A DNA stretch of 64,000 nt from Candidatus Heimdallarchaeum aukensis (GTDB lineage: Archaea > Asgardarchaeota > Heimdallarchaeia > Heimdallarchaeales > Heimdallarchaeaceae): positions 2,624,001 to 2,688,000 of the forward strand of contig CP084166.1 of assembly GCA_021513695.1 (NCBI GenBank). The letters run 5' to 3'. The notes under the pieces were generated by a model. That model was given only the letters and a program-made list of their open reading frames with translations. It was not told the DNA's origin and did no database searches. Each line of letters starts with the position of its first letter. The first letter of the stretch is position 1. The position numbers were made by a program, and so were the translations under genes. Of the stretch, positions 1-8,764 are shown one piece after another.

Positions 1-619
1 TTTTTATAGTCCTTTTTTTATCTACTGTCCAGGTAACAACTTTCTTGTTTAGTTTTTTGAAGTATTGCATATTTGATTTGTTAAGAAAACGGTAGTATGG
101 ATTTACAGTGTCTATATATTCTCTTTTGATAAACTCTTTCACTTTTTTATTTGGAAATAGAAAAAGAAAAGCGAGAGAAAACCCTAATTTCCTATTTTTT
201 AATTCTTCAATGACCTCAGGATGAAATGAACTGACCATTATTTTAGAATAATCGATATCAATTTCTCGAAGACAATCGTAAAATTGCTCTTTTTTAATTT
301 TACATTTTATTTCTACATTAATACTAATCGAAGGAATAAATTGTTGCAAAACATCCTTGAGTAATGGTATCCTCTCATTGTTAGGCAGTTTAATCTTCTT
401 CAATTCTTCAAATGTAGTTTCTTTTATTAAATAAGAACGGTTATTGTATTTTATCTCTGGATCATGATGGACAATAAAAAACCCATCTTTCGTTAAATGT
501 GTATCTAACTCAATCATATCTGCTTTTTGTTCAACAGCTAACTTAAAAGCTGAAAAGCTATTTTCATACGCTTCTGCTGAAGCACCTCTATGTGCAATGA
601 TAAGTGGTTTATTTGTCAT
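1..619 (-). CDS. Glycerophosphodiester phosphodiesterase (GDPD/UgpQ family). The C-terminus runs off the window edge. Not in the supplied ORF track.
   Basis: Reverse-strand translation from the ATG at 617-619 reads MTNKPLIIAHRGASAEAYENSFSAFKLAVEQKADMIELDTHLTKDGFFIVHHD..., the GDPD catalytic N-terminus (HRG...E.D.H motif). The frame stays open to position 2. Confidence 0.6.
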   Translation of the reverse strand, partial: MTNKPLIIAHRGASAEAYENSFSAFKLAVEQKADMIELDTHLTKDGFFIVHHDPEIKYNNRSYLIKETTFEELKKIKLPNNERIPLLKDVLQQFIPSISINVEIKCKIKKEQFYDCLREIDIDYSKIMVSSFHPEVIEELKNRKLGFSLAFLFLFPNKKVKEFIKREYIDTVNPYYRFLNKSNMQYFKKLNKKVVTWTVDKKRTIK

Positions 620-720
620 CAAGTCTTCTAACTTTTCATTCAATTAAATGCTTTTCCCCTTTTTTTAATTATAAAGAAACACACTTAAAAACGTAAATAA
701 AAATAGTTCTTGAGAAAGAA

Positions 721-1974
721 ATGGCATATAAAATTAAAAATATTGATCTTGCAGAAGAAGGGAGAAGGAAAATCGAATGGGCAGAAAGTAGAATGCCTGT
801 AATGATGAAATTAAGAGAAGAATTTTCTAAAACTAAGCCTTTAGAAGGAATGAGAATAGCAGGTTGTCTTCATGTAACAAAAGAGACCGCTGTCTTAGTT
901 GAAACACTTGTTCTTGCTGGAGCAGAGGTTTCTTGGAGTGGATGTAATCCGCTATCTACTAAAGATGATATAGCAGCAGCTTTAGCTGCAAATGGAACAT
1001 CAATTTTCGCTTGGCATGGAATGACAACGGAAGAATTTTACTGGGCAATAGATAAAACACTTGAATTTAAACCCACACTAACTCTAGATGATGGAGCAGA
1101 TTTAATATTTAGAGTTCATTCTGAGTTCCCACACTTAGCAGAAAACATCATTGGTGGAACTGAAGAGACGACTACAGGAGTCCACCGTCTAAGAGCAATG
1201 GAAAAAGCAAATAAACTGCTGTATCCCATCATTGCTGTTAATGATACACCTACTAAGTGGCAATTTGATAATGTATATGGAACAGGACAATCAACTATTG
1301 ATGGAATATTAAGGGCAACAAATATTCTTATTGCAGGTAAAACTTTAGTTGTGGCGGGTTATGGACATTGTGGAAGAGGAGTTGCAAAAAGGGCAGCTGG
1401 TTTAGGTGCGAATGTAATTGTTACTGAAATAGATCCAGTTGAAGCACTAAAGGCCACATTAGAAGGTTTTAGAGTAATGAAAATGATCGATGCTGCAGAA
1501 ATAGGAGATATTTTTGTAACTGCAACTGGAATGAAAGATGTAATAACAAAGCCCCACTTTGAAAAAATGAAAGATGGTGCAATAATTTGTAATACAGGAC
1601 ATTATGATGTAGAGATAAATATTAATCACTTAGAAGAGTTAGCCGTAGAAAAAAGAGAACTAAGAGCAAATAATGAAGAATATAAGTTGAAAGACGGAAG
1701 AAGATTATATTTACTTGCAAAAGGAAGACTTGTAAATCTTGCCTCTGCAGAAGGACACCCATCAGAAGTTATGGATATGTCTTTTGCTAATCAACTGTTA
1801 AGTTTGATTTATCTTAAAGAAAATGGAGAAAACTTAAAGAAAAAAGTATATGATGTCTCAGAAGAACAAGACAAAAGAGTTGCCAGTTTGAAATTGCAAT
1901 TAATGGGTTATGAGATTGACGAATTGACAGAAGAACAGAAGCAATATAGAGATGCTTTCTTTGAAGGAACATAG
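721..1974 (+). CDS. ahcY: S-adenosyl-L-homocysteine hydrolase (adenosylhomocysteinase)
   Basis: 417 aa. Contains HVTKETAVLVETL, GCNPLSTKDD and the NAD-binding GYGHCGRGVA Rossmann motif typical of SAHH. Confidence 0.9.
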   Translation: MAYKIKNIDLAEEGRRKIEWAESRMPVMMKLREEFSKTKPLEGMRIAGCLHVTKETAVLVETLVLAGAEVSWSGCNPLSTKDDIAAALAANGTSIFAWHGMTTEEFYWAIDKTLEFKPTLTLDDGADLIFRVHSEFPHLAENIIGGTEETTTGVHRLRAMEKANKLLYPIIAVNDTPTKWQFDNVYGTGQSTIDGILRATNILIAGKTLVVAGYGHCGRGVAKRAAGLGANVIVTEIDPVEALKATLEGFRVMKMIDAAEIGDIFVTATGMKDVITKPHFEKMKDGAIICNTGHYDVEININHLEELAVEKRELRANNEEYKLKDGRRLYLLAKGRLVNLASAEGHPSEVMDMSFANQLLSLIYLKENGENLKKKVYDVSEEQDKRVASLKLQLMGYEIDELTEEQKQYRDAFFEGT

Positions 1975-2046
1975 AATCAGAGACAAATCGACGGAAGATT
2001 TTTAGACTAGAAATAAGTATCTCAATATATAGGAAGAGGTATAGAA

Positions 2047-3333
2047 TTGATAAAGCATCTACTTATCCTAACAACATATGGGCAAATATTTTATAGTCAA
2101 GAATTTGGAACAGAAGAAACAGTGGATGTCGCTTTAACAGGAGGGCTAATGTCTGCAATATACTCCATGGCTACAGAAACTCAAAGAGAAAATATCACTG
2201 AATTTGAAATGATGACATCCAGAATCAAATTTAGAGAAGAAGAAAATGATCTATTATTTGTCCTTACTGTTGATAAGCGTATGGATGAAAAAGATGTAGA
2301 AGACTTACTTGATATGATCTCCAAAAGATTTTTTGAAAAATACGGAGAACTTCGAGTAGATGGACTTATTTTGAGTGATTTTGAAGAAGATGTCACTGAA
2401 ATTATAAATAAAAAATTATGGTACCTTGAAACCTCAAAAAGAAAGTTCAGGTTCTTTGATTACTTAGCTTTAATTGCTACTTCAGTAATATTAGGTTGGT
2501 ATATTTACTTATTGTTCAATATTCCCGGTTTTGTATGGTCCCCCTTGTTGAAAAGGTTATCTCAACCTGTAGACTTCGTACTGTATCTCTTAATTTTGAT
2601 GGCTTCTTTTTCTTTACCAGGATTAGCGTTGTATTTTATCTTGAAATATTCACACATTAAGGATATATTCAGGTTCTCAAAGGATTATTTAACAAGACCA
2701 ACAAGAGCAAGCTATGCAGAACTTTTACCAAACTACTTTTTACTAAGTATAGTCATTTCATATGTTATTTACTTTAGTTTTATGATATTCAGCAAGGCCT
2801 ACTTTTCAGAAATTACTGCTTTTCCGATGTACCCTGGAGCATTATTAGGTTCAGATTATGCACAACCTTTCTCCTTTAGTAATATTAGTAACTCTGATAT
2901 AGGTGATCAAGTGTTAGTAGGTTCGTTCACTTGGTTTAGCTGGGTTTTCTTATGTCCCCTTATCTATTCTTTGATTCTTGGAGAAAAAGAAAGGTGGAAA
3001 CTACTCAGAAATAGCATCTTTATTGCATCATTAGCTATAACTGTATTAATTGGCTGTTTAGTTGTAGGAGGAGTAATTTACCTACAAGCGGTTGGTTTTC
3101 ACCCAACAAATCCTGTTCTTTTTGCAGAAGATGTTTCATCTCTATTATATCAATTCGTTGCTCGTTTTCCATTGAACATCTTTTTCTATGGGTTTCTTTT
3201 ATTCCTAGGTGTTGGAATAAATAGAGTTACACCACCAAAGACAAAAGTTTCTTCACTTCTCGCTATTTGGGTATCAATTTACCTTACACTTATCATTCAA
3301 CGCTTATTCTCTGATCTATGGGCTGGAAGCTAG
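2047..3333 (+). CDS. Roadblock/longin-like N-terminal domain fused to a polytopic (~8 TM) membrane domain
   Basis: TTG start. The first ~100 aa (LLILTTYGQIFYSQEF...GGLMSAIYSMATE...LLFVLTVDK...) have a beta-alpha-beta-beta-alpha pattern typical of the Roadblock/LC7/MglB fold. The remainder is hydrophobic helices. Confidence 0.45.
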   Translation: MIKHLLILTTYGQIFYSQEFGTEETVDVALTGGLMSAIYSMATETQRENITEFEMMTSRIKFREEENDLLFVLTVDKRMDEKDVEDLLDMISKRFFEKYGELRVDGLILSDFEEDVTEIINKKLWYLETSKRKFRFFDYLALIATSVILGWYIYLLFNIPGFVWSPLLKRLSQPVDFVLYLLILMASFSLPGLALYFILKYSHIKDIFRFSKDYLTRPTRASYAELLPNYFLLSIVISYVIYFSFMIFSKAYFSEITAFPMYPGALLGSDYAQPFSFSNISNSDIGDQVLVGSFTWFSWVFLCPLIYSLILGEKERWKLLRNSIFIASLAITVLIGCLVVGGVIYLQAVGFHPTNPVLFAEDVSSLLYQFVARFPLNIFFYGFLLFLGVGINRVTPPKTKVSSLLAIWVSIYLTLIIQRLFSDLWAGS

Positions 3334-3399
3334 TCTCTCTCTTTTCTCTTTCTACAAAGAATTTTTAAATTCATAAGATAGAAGGTAGATGAAGTTACA

Positions 3400-4554
3400 A
3401 TGCTCTCATTTAGTGTTCTATTCTTTTTCCATAATAAAAAAAGAACTTACCAAGCAATATTAGTACTCTCTCTTTCCTTAGTAATCTATATTTCAACTAC
3501 TCTTCTGGTGAGAGGTTATTCTTCAAATCTTTCAGGAATGGCTAATATTATTGCTCCATCAGATGAATATATTATAATAGAAAAGGAAAAGTCACTATCT
3601 GAAAGTAGAATTGAAAATCAAACTATTGATTTTCTTCATGATTATGCAGAAAAAACTCCAAATATAAAAGCAATTGTCGCATACAAATATGTACCGATAA
3701 TTATAGAAGGAGAAAATGGTAGAATTAAGGAAACTTATCTTCGTTTATTGAATTTTACTTATTTTAATTCGTATTATCCTCGGGAGTATGTTTATTCGTT
3801 TGAAAATCCAGGTTCTGATGAGCTTATTTTAGGAAGATACTTAGCTTCTTTGTTATCTGCTGATAAAAACTCAGTAGTTGATGTTTATCTTCCAACCATC
3901 AATTTTAACACATCTCTTGTAATTTCTAATATAATAACTAACAGCGATGAATTTGAACTCGAAATAATTGCGAGCTTTAACAGCATTTTGAACTCACACT
4001 TTGATTATTTCTCTTTTGTTGAAATAAAAATTAAAGACCCTTCAACTATTTCTGCTATTCAAGAGGATATTAAAGAAAAGTATCCTGAGCTTGATGTAAT
4101 AAGTGAAAAGCAAACTCAAGAATTTATTATTTATGGCACAAATGATATCATACAAACTCTTACTCTATTACAATCCTTATTTTTCATTTTAATGCTTGTT
4201 TCAATTACGTATAGCATTTATACGTTAGTAAAAGAAAGTGAAAAAGAAATTTTTATTCTCCGTTCTATAGGGGCCACCAATTTAAATATTATTAGCCTTT
4301 TTCTTCTCCAATCATTGTATATAGGAATAATTTCAGCATTCTTGGCTTTAATTGGTGGATTTTTATTTATTGTTTCCATTGTTTCGGCAGTAACAGCTTT
4401 TTCTCATCTTCCTTATATTTCTGTCACAATATATTCAAAGTTAATTGTAATTATTTTTGGTTTTTCAATAGGTTTGTCAATATTATCAGGAATAATACCT
4501 TCTTTCCTTGCGTCAAAAATAAGATTACTTAAGGAGGATGAAATTGTTGTTTAA
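3400..4554 (+). CDS. MacB/FtsX-family permease-like membrane protein (N-terminal TM, extracytoplasmic domain, C-terminal 4-TM FtsX-type domain)
   Basis: C-terminal ILRSIGATNLNIISLFLLQSLYIGIISAFLALIGG... matches the FtsX/MacB permease core (R/K-x-IG-A motif). Overlaps the next gene by 17 nt. Confidence 0.55.
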   Translation: MLSFSVLFFFHNKKRTYQAILVLSLSLVIYISTTLLVRGYSSNLSGMANIIAPSDEYIIIEKEKSLSESRIENQTIDFLHDYAEKTPNIKAIVAYKYVPIIIEGENGRIKETYLRLLNFTYFNSYYPREYVYSFENPGSDELILGRYLASLLSADKNSVVDVYLPTINFNTSLVISNIITNSDEFELEIIASFNSILNSHFDYFSFVEIKIKDPSTISAIQEDIKEKYPELDVISEKQTQEFIIYGTNDIIQTLTLLQSLFFILMLVSITYSIYTLVKESEKEIFILRSIGATNLNIISLFLLQSLYIGIISAFLALIGGFLFIVSIVSAVTAFSHLPYISVTIYSKLIVIIFGFSIGLSILSGIIPSFLASKIRLLKEDEIVV

Positions 4555-7500
4555 CCTTAGACATACTTTCCTATACAATATCTTACCAAAAAAGAGATTA
4601 CTAATAGCTTTTATTGGTTTTTTCATTAGTTCAGTAGTTATATCTGGTGGATCAATATTAATGTATAGTATTGTTTCTTCTACTACAACGTACCTTGGTG
4701 AGAGTGATGATGTCCTTATAATAACGAAAGAAGGTTCTACAACTCCCTATACAAGCCAATTGCCTTTAGACTTTGTTGAAGCAGTGAAATTTGTACCTGG
4801 AGTAGTTGAAGTGTGTCCAGAGGTTTTAACTGCAGCAGTATATAAAAATAAGGCTATTTATTTTAGGGGAGTAGATACATATAGTTTTTGGAATTTTACT
4901 CCTTATACTTTAATTGATGGAGTATTATTAGATGACAAAGATACCTTTAATGTTACGATTGGATTAAATTTTGCAAAAAAGCATAAATTGGAGGTTGGAG
5001 ATTTCATAACTATTTATTCTACAAAAACAACTTCAGCTATTGAATTAAGAGTAAAATCTATTATTTACACGGGCACACTTCTAGATGATGAACTAGTAGC
5101 TCCATTAGCAATTGGACAATTTTTAACTTTTAATTCTTTCAACTATATTACTCATGTAAGAGTAAGAATTGATTTATTAAAAACTACAAAAGAAAAAGTG
5201 AAAAGTATAGTATCGAATAGTTATAAAATTAAAGTTGGAGTACGAACCTTTAATGAAACACAAGAGCTTAATGCTACTGTTTTCGTTCAAGATTTGCGTG
5301 GACAAAAAATTAACACAACTGAAATTGTAAACTCAAATTCTATGATGTTTGAACTCCCATTTAGGATGTATGAAATTTATGCACAGATAGGAAATTTCAA
5401 GTCAAATAAAACACAAATATTACCTGGAATCGACTTAGAGGTTAACCTTCTTATTCCTTATTTAGAAAGAGTTCTGAATTTTACTATTTTAACTGAAGAA
5501 AAAGAACCCATAGAAAACGCAAAAATAAGCTTAACTAGCGAAGATTTTGATGTTTATTCTTATACTGATGAAATAGTATTGTATTCAAATTCTAAAGGAA
5601 AAGCAGTTGTCACTGTCAGTAATGGTACGTATTCTGCTGTTATCTCTTATAAAAGATTCAATAAGAAAATCAGTTTTGCAACTCAGGAAAATAATGAATT
5701 TGAAATAACATTAATAAAGAAACATCCAGACTTACAAGTTAAATTTCCACAAAATAACTCTATAATACATGGTACAACACTTAATCTCTCTTTTGTTAGT
5801 TCTCCTGGTTATTCAATATATTATTACTTTGATGGCGATGGATCCAACACTTATACTTATTATAGTGAGTATACTAATCTACTAGTTCCTGATTTTATTT
5901 TACACAAATTTTCAGGAGAAGCAGGAGAACACACGCTTACGGTTTATACAAAAAATTCTTATTATTCAGGAAACGTGTCAGAATATTTTAATTCAACAAT
6001 TATTTATTTCACTATAATTGACCCACCTGAAACTTTAGAATTTGAAAATGTTTCAGATATGTCTAATTTAGAGCCCAATCAAGTACTGAAAGTAAACTTA
6101 CCATTTAACTATTCATATTATACCCCTTCTTATAGATGGGACGATAAAGAGTGGATAAGTATGAATAATAATCAGATCGTTGCAGAAACAACAATAGGAT
6201 TGCATAAGTTAGAAATTAAACTTAAAACGAATACTAAGCAAAAGAGCTATTTCTATTATTTCTCTATTTCAGAAAACAATTACAATTTTGGATTGTATAA
6301 CTTATCGTATCATAAAAGAATAAAACCAAATTCAATTTTTAAGGTTTGGTTTAATAATCTAACAGAACCACTCTTCTATAGTTGGGATAATCGTAGTTCA
6401 AATAATTTATTTGAACACGAATATATTTTAACAACAGGTTTATCAGAAGGGAGCCATTCATTAACCATTGGATTCCAAAAAGATGGGCTATGGAACAATA
6501 GAAGTTACAATGTAATTATTGACGCTAGTATTCCAAATGTTTCTCTTTCAGTAACAAATAATTCTATTCTAAATTCAGGAGAGTTTTTGAGCGTTTTTTC
6601 AAATGAAACAATTAATAATCTTGCATTTTCATGGGATAATCAAAAATATTCTCTATCTTATGGCAACAAAATCCCAACCCCTTATACAAACGGTACGCAT
6701 ACTCTAAGTTTGATTGGTTATGATTTAGCAGGTAATAAATTTAGTTTATTTTACAATTTCATTATTGTTAATCAAACAACTGTCAATCTATATGACTTCT
6801 TTTTGTCAAACGAATATTCAGGGTTGATCAATCAAACATTTATTGAACTCGAAATTTATTCTCCACCTAGTGTTTCAACTATAACCTATGAATTAGAAGG
6901 AATGCTAAATATTTCAGGAAATTACACAGAAAAACAACTATTTCATCTTTATTCTGGAAAATATAATTTAACAATTAAACTCTTCAACAACTCTCAGATT
7001 ATAGGTTACAGAAATTGGTCTTTTTATGTAATGGATGGATACAACAAATCATTCATTTCTTACTATGATTTACCACAAAATAATGATTTAGAAGATGTTG
7101 TGATCTACTTCCCAGAATTCGATGTTTCATATAAATTAGATGAATCATCAACAATATTTATTACAGATAATATATGGTCTTCAATTATTTTGTCTAACAA
7201 TTCCACTAACAACTTATTTTCATATTTGTTTGTTGATACACAACCACCTAGTGTTTCTATACTTTCACCAGATAAAGGGTCTGATCTTGCAAATATATGG
7301 TTGGATTTAAAAACAGAAGCTGTAGAAGTTTTTTACAAAATTGATTCTTTAACAACATTTACTAAATATTACTCTCCCGTAGTTATATCTAATTTATCAA
7401 TAGGAGAACACAAATTATATTTAACTTTGTATGATAGTTTGAAGAATAAGAAGGAACTTACATATACTTTTTCTATAGGAATCGAATATTCTCTCGTTAA

Positions 7501-8752
7501 TTTAACTTTTGTTTATTCTGAAATAGGAAATATTACTCTAGCCCCAAATTATGAATTTAAAGTTCGTTCTATTTGGAATAAAACTTTAATTTCTCTACAA
7601 TCAAATAACAATGGAACTTCACTATTTAAAATTTTGAAAGGACAATTTTATTTGTACATCACTTATGATAATACAACATTTGTATTTACAATCAATGCAA
7701 TAAGTAATATTAAAAAAACTATATTTCTTGGAAAAACAAATTTGACATTATCGTTTATTGATGTCTATGCGAATCTGCCAATATCACACCAGTACTTCAA
7801 TATTTACGATTATACAGGATTACTAATAAAAAGACTAAAAACAAATAGTACAGGAGAAACAGAAGTGTCTTTGGACACAGGCATTTATTCTGTGGAATAT
7901 GAAGTGCTTGATAATATTTATTCTTTTTATATTTATGTTTTTGAGGGAACGCAATCTTATACTTTTTATGTACCTTCACAGCCTGAAGCAATTAGTTTAA
8001 CTTTTATATTTAGCAATAACACTCAGGCCAAAAACTTGCCAATAATTGTTGAAACTGAGTTTTTTGGAAATATTAGTTTTTATACAGATATTAACGGAGA
8101 ATACATTTTGTTGCTACCTTATCAAAAAATAGTTATACATGTTTTTTCACCTTCAGGAAGAAGATTAATATCTTTAACTAGATATATCGAACCAGGTATT
8201 TCCTCTCTTAAAATCGTTATTCCTAGTGAAAAGAGTTCTACTTATCAAGAATTGCCCTTTCAGAATATAGGTGGATCTTTTGAAATACTTGTAAGTTTAT
8301 CTTCAGAGTATATGGAACATTATCTAAAGGGTTCTCTGCTTTTTACATATACTTTGGCTTATGCTGAAATTATCCTAATTGTATTAATTGTAAGTGCTAA
8401 CTTATACGCTATTTTGAGAAATATAAACACAGAAAGTAGAAAAGAAATAAGAATTGCTGAAATGATAGGTGCTACTCATTCTCATATTATGTTTTCTATT
8501 TTTTCCAGATTGGTTATTTTAACCTCTTTCTCCTATATTATCGGTTATTTTGTGGGGAACGAAATTCTTAAATTGTTAGCTATGAAGAACAAAACCGTAT
8601 TCTTTGGTCATACATTTATCCCAAAAGGTAACTTATATATTTTTGTTATATGTTATTTCTTAATTTTAATAATTGTAAGTGTAACAACATTATTCTTGGT
8701 TGTCTTACATAGAAAAAATGAGAAAAATAGAAAGGAAAAACATAAACTCTAA
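4538..8752 (+). CDS. Giant (1404 aa) FtsX/MacB-family membrane protein with a very large extracellular beta-rich region carrying >40 N-x-S/T sequons. Probable N-glycosylated surface protein.
   Basis: Perfect SD AAGGAGG at 4531-4537. N-terminal TM plus a MacB-periplasmic-like segment. Long middle region with Ig/CarboxypepD_reg-like beta repeats and dozens of NxT/NxS. C-terminal RIAEMIGATHSHIMFSIFSRL... is a 4-TM FtsX motif. Confidence 0.55.
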   Translation: MKLLFNLRHTFLYNILPKKRLLIAFIGFFISSVVISGGSILMYSIVSSTTTYLGESDDVLIITKEGSTTPYTSQLPLDFVEAVKFVPGVVEVCPEVLTAAVYKNKAIYFRGVDTYSFWNFTPYTLIDGVLLDDKDTFNVTIGLNFAKKHKLEVGDFITIYSTKTTSAIELRVKSIIYTGTLLDDELVAPLAIGQFLTFNSFNYITHVRVRIDLLKTTKEKVKSIVSNSYKIKVGVRTFNETQELNATVFVQDLRGQKINTTEIVNSNSMMFELPFRMYEIYAQIGNFKSNKTQILPGIDLEVNLLIPYLERVLNFTILTEEKEPIENAKISLTSEDFDVYSYTDEIVLYSNSKGKAVVTVSNGTYSAVISYKRFNKKISFATQENNEFEITLIKKHPDLQVKFPQNNSIIHGTTLNLSFVSSPGYSIYYYFDGDGSNTYTYYSEYTNLLVPDFILHKFSGEAGEHTLTVYTKNSYYSGNVSEYFNSTIIYFTIIDPPETLEFENVSDMSNLEPNQVLKVNLPFNYSYYTPSYRWDDKEWISMNNNQIVAETTIGLHKLEIKLKTNTKQKSYFYYFSISENNYNFGLYNLSYHKRIKPNSIFKVWFNNLTEPLFYSWDNRSSNNLFEHEYILTTGLSEGSHSLTIGFQKDGLWNNRSYNVIIDASIPNVSLSVTNNSILNSGEFLSVFSNETINNLAFSWDNQKYSLSYGNKIPTPYTNGTHTLSLIGYDLAGNKFSLFYNFIIVNQTTVNLYDFFLSNEYSGLINQTFIELEIYSPPSVSTITYELEGMLNISGNYTEKQLFHLYSGKYNLTIKLFNNSQIIGYRNWSFYVMDGYNKSFISYYDLPQNNDLEDVVIYFPEFDVSYKLDESSTIFITDNIWSSIILSNNSTNNLFSYLFVDTQPPSVSILSPDKGSDLANIWLDLKTEAVEVFYKIDSLTTFTKYYSPVVISNLSIGEHKLYLTLYDSLKNKKELTYTFSIGIEYSLVNLTFVYSEIGNITLAPNYEFKVRSIWNKTLISLQSNNNGTSLFKILKGQFYLYITYDNTTFVFTINAISNIKKTIFLGKTNLTLSFIDVYANLPISHQYFNIYDYTGLLIKRLKTNSTGETEVSLDTGIYSVEYEVLDNIYSFYIYVFEGTQSYTFYVPSQPEAISLTFIFSNNTQAKNLPIIVETEFFGNISFYTDINGEYILLLPYQKIVIHVFSPSGRRLISLTRYIEPGISSLKIVIPSEKSSTYQELPFQNIGGSFEILVSLSSEYMEHYLKGSLLFTYTLAYAEIILIVLIVSANLYAILRNINTESRKEIRIAEMIGATHSHIMFSIFSRLVILTSFSYIIGYFVGNEILKLLAMKNKTVFFGHTFIPKGNLYIFVICYFLILIIVSVTTLFLVVLHRKNEKNRKEKHKL

Positions 8753-8764
8753 AAACTAATTTCC

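Noticed and set aside
2181-2396. Short ORFs of 60-130 aa from the track that lie antisense or out of frame inside long genes
   Set aside because: Examples are 2181-2396, 7797-7991, 14077-14271, 15188-15379, 18044-18298, 19923-20144, 22180-22404, 23321-23560, 24275-24532, 28181-28550, 31413-32374, 32860-33171, 35776-36018, 36863-37243, 37931-38178, 38594-38869, 40173-41349, 41963-42487 and the many short ORFs inside 42811-55365. All are fully embedded in better-supported long ORFs and have low-complexity, Ser/Leu/Phe-rich translations typical of off-frame AT-rich DNA. No independent support exists for any of them.
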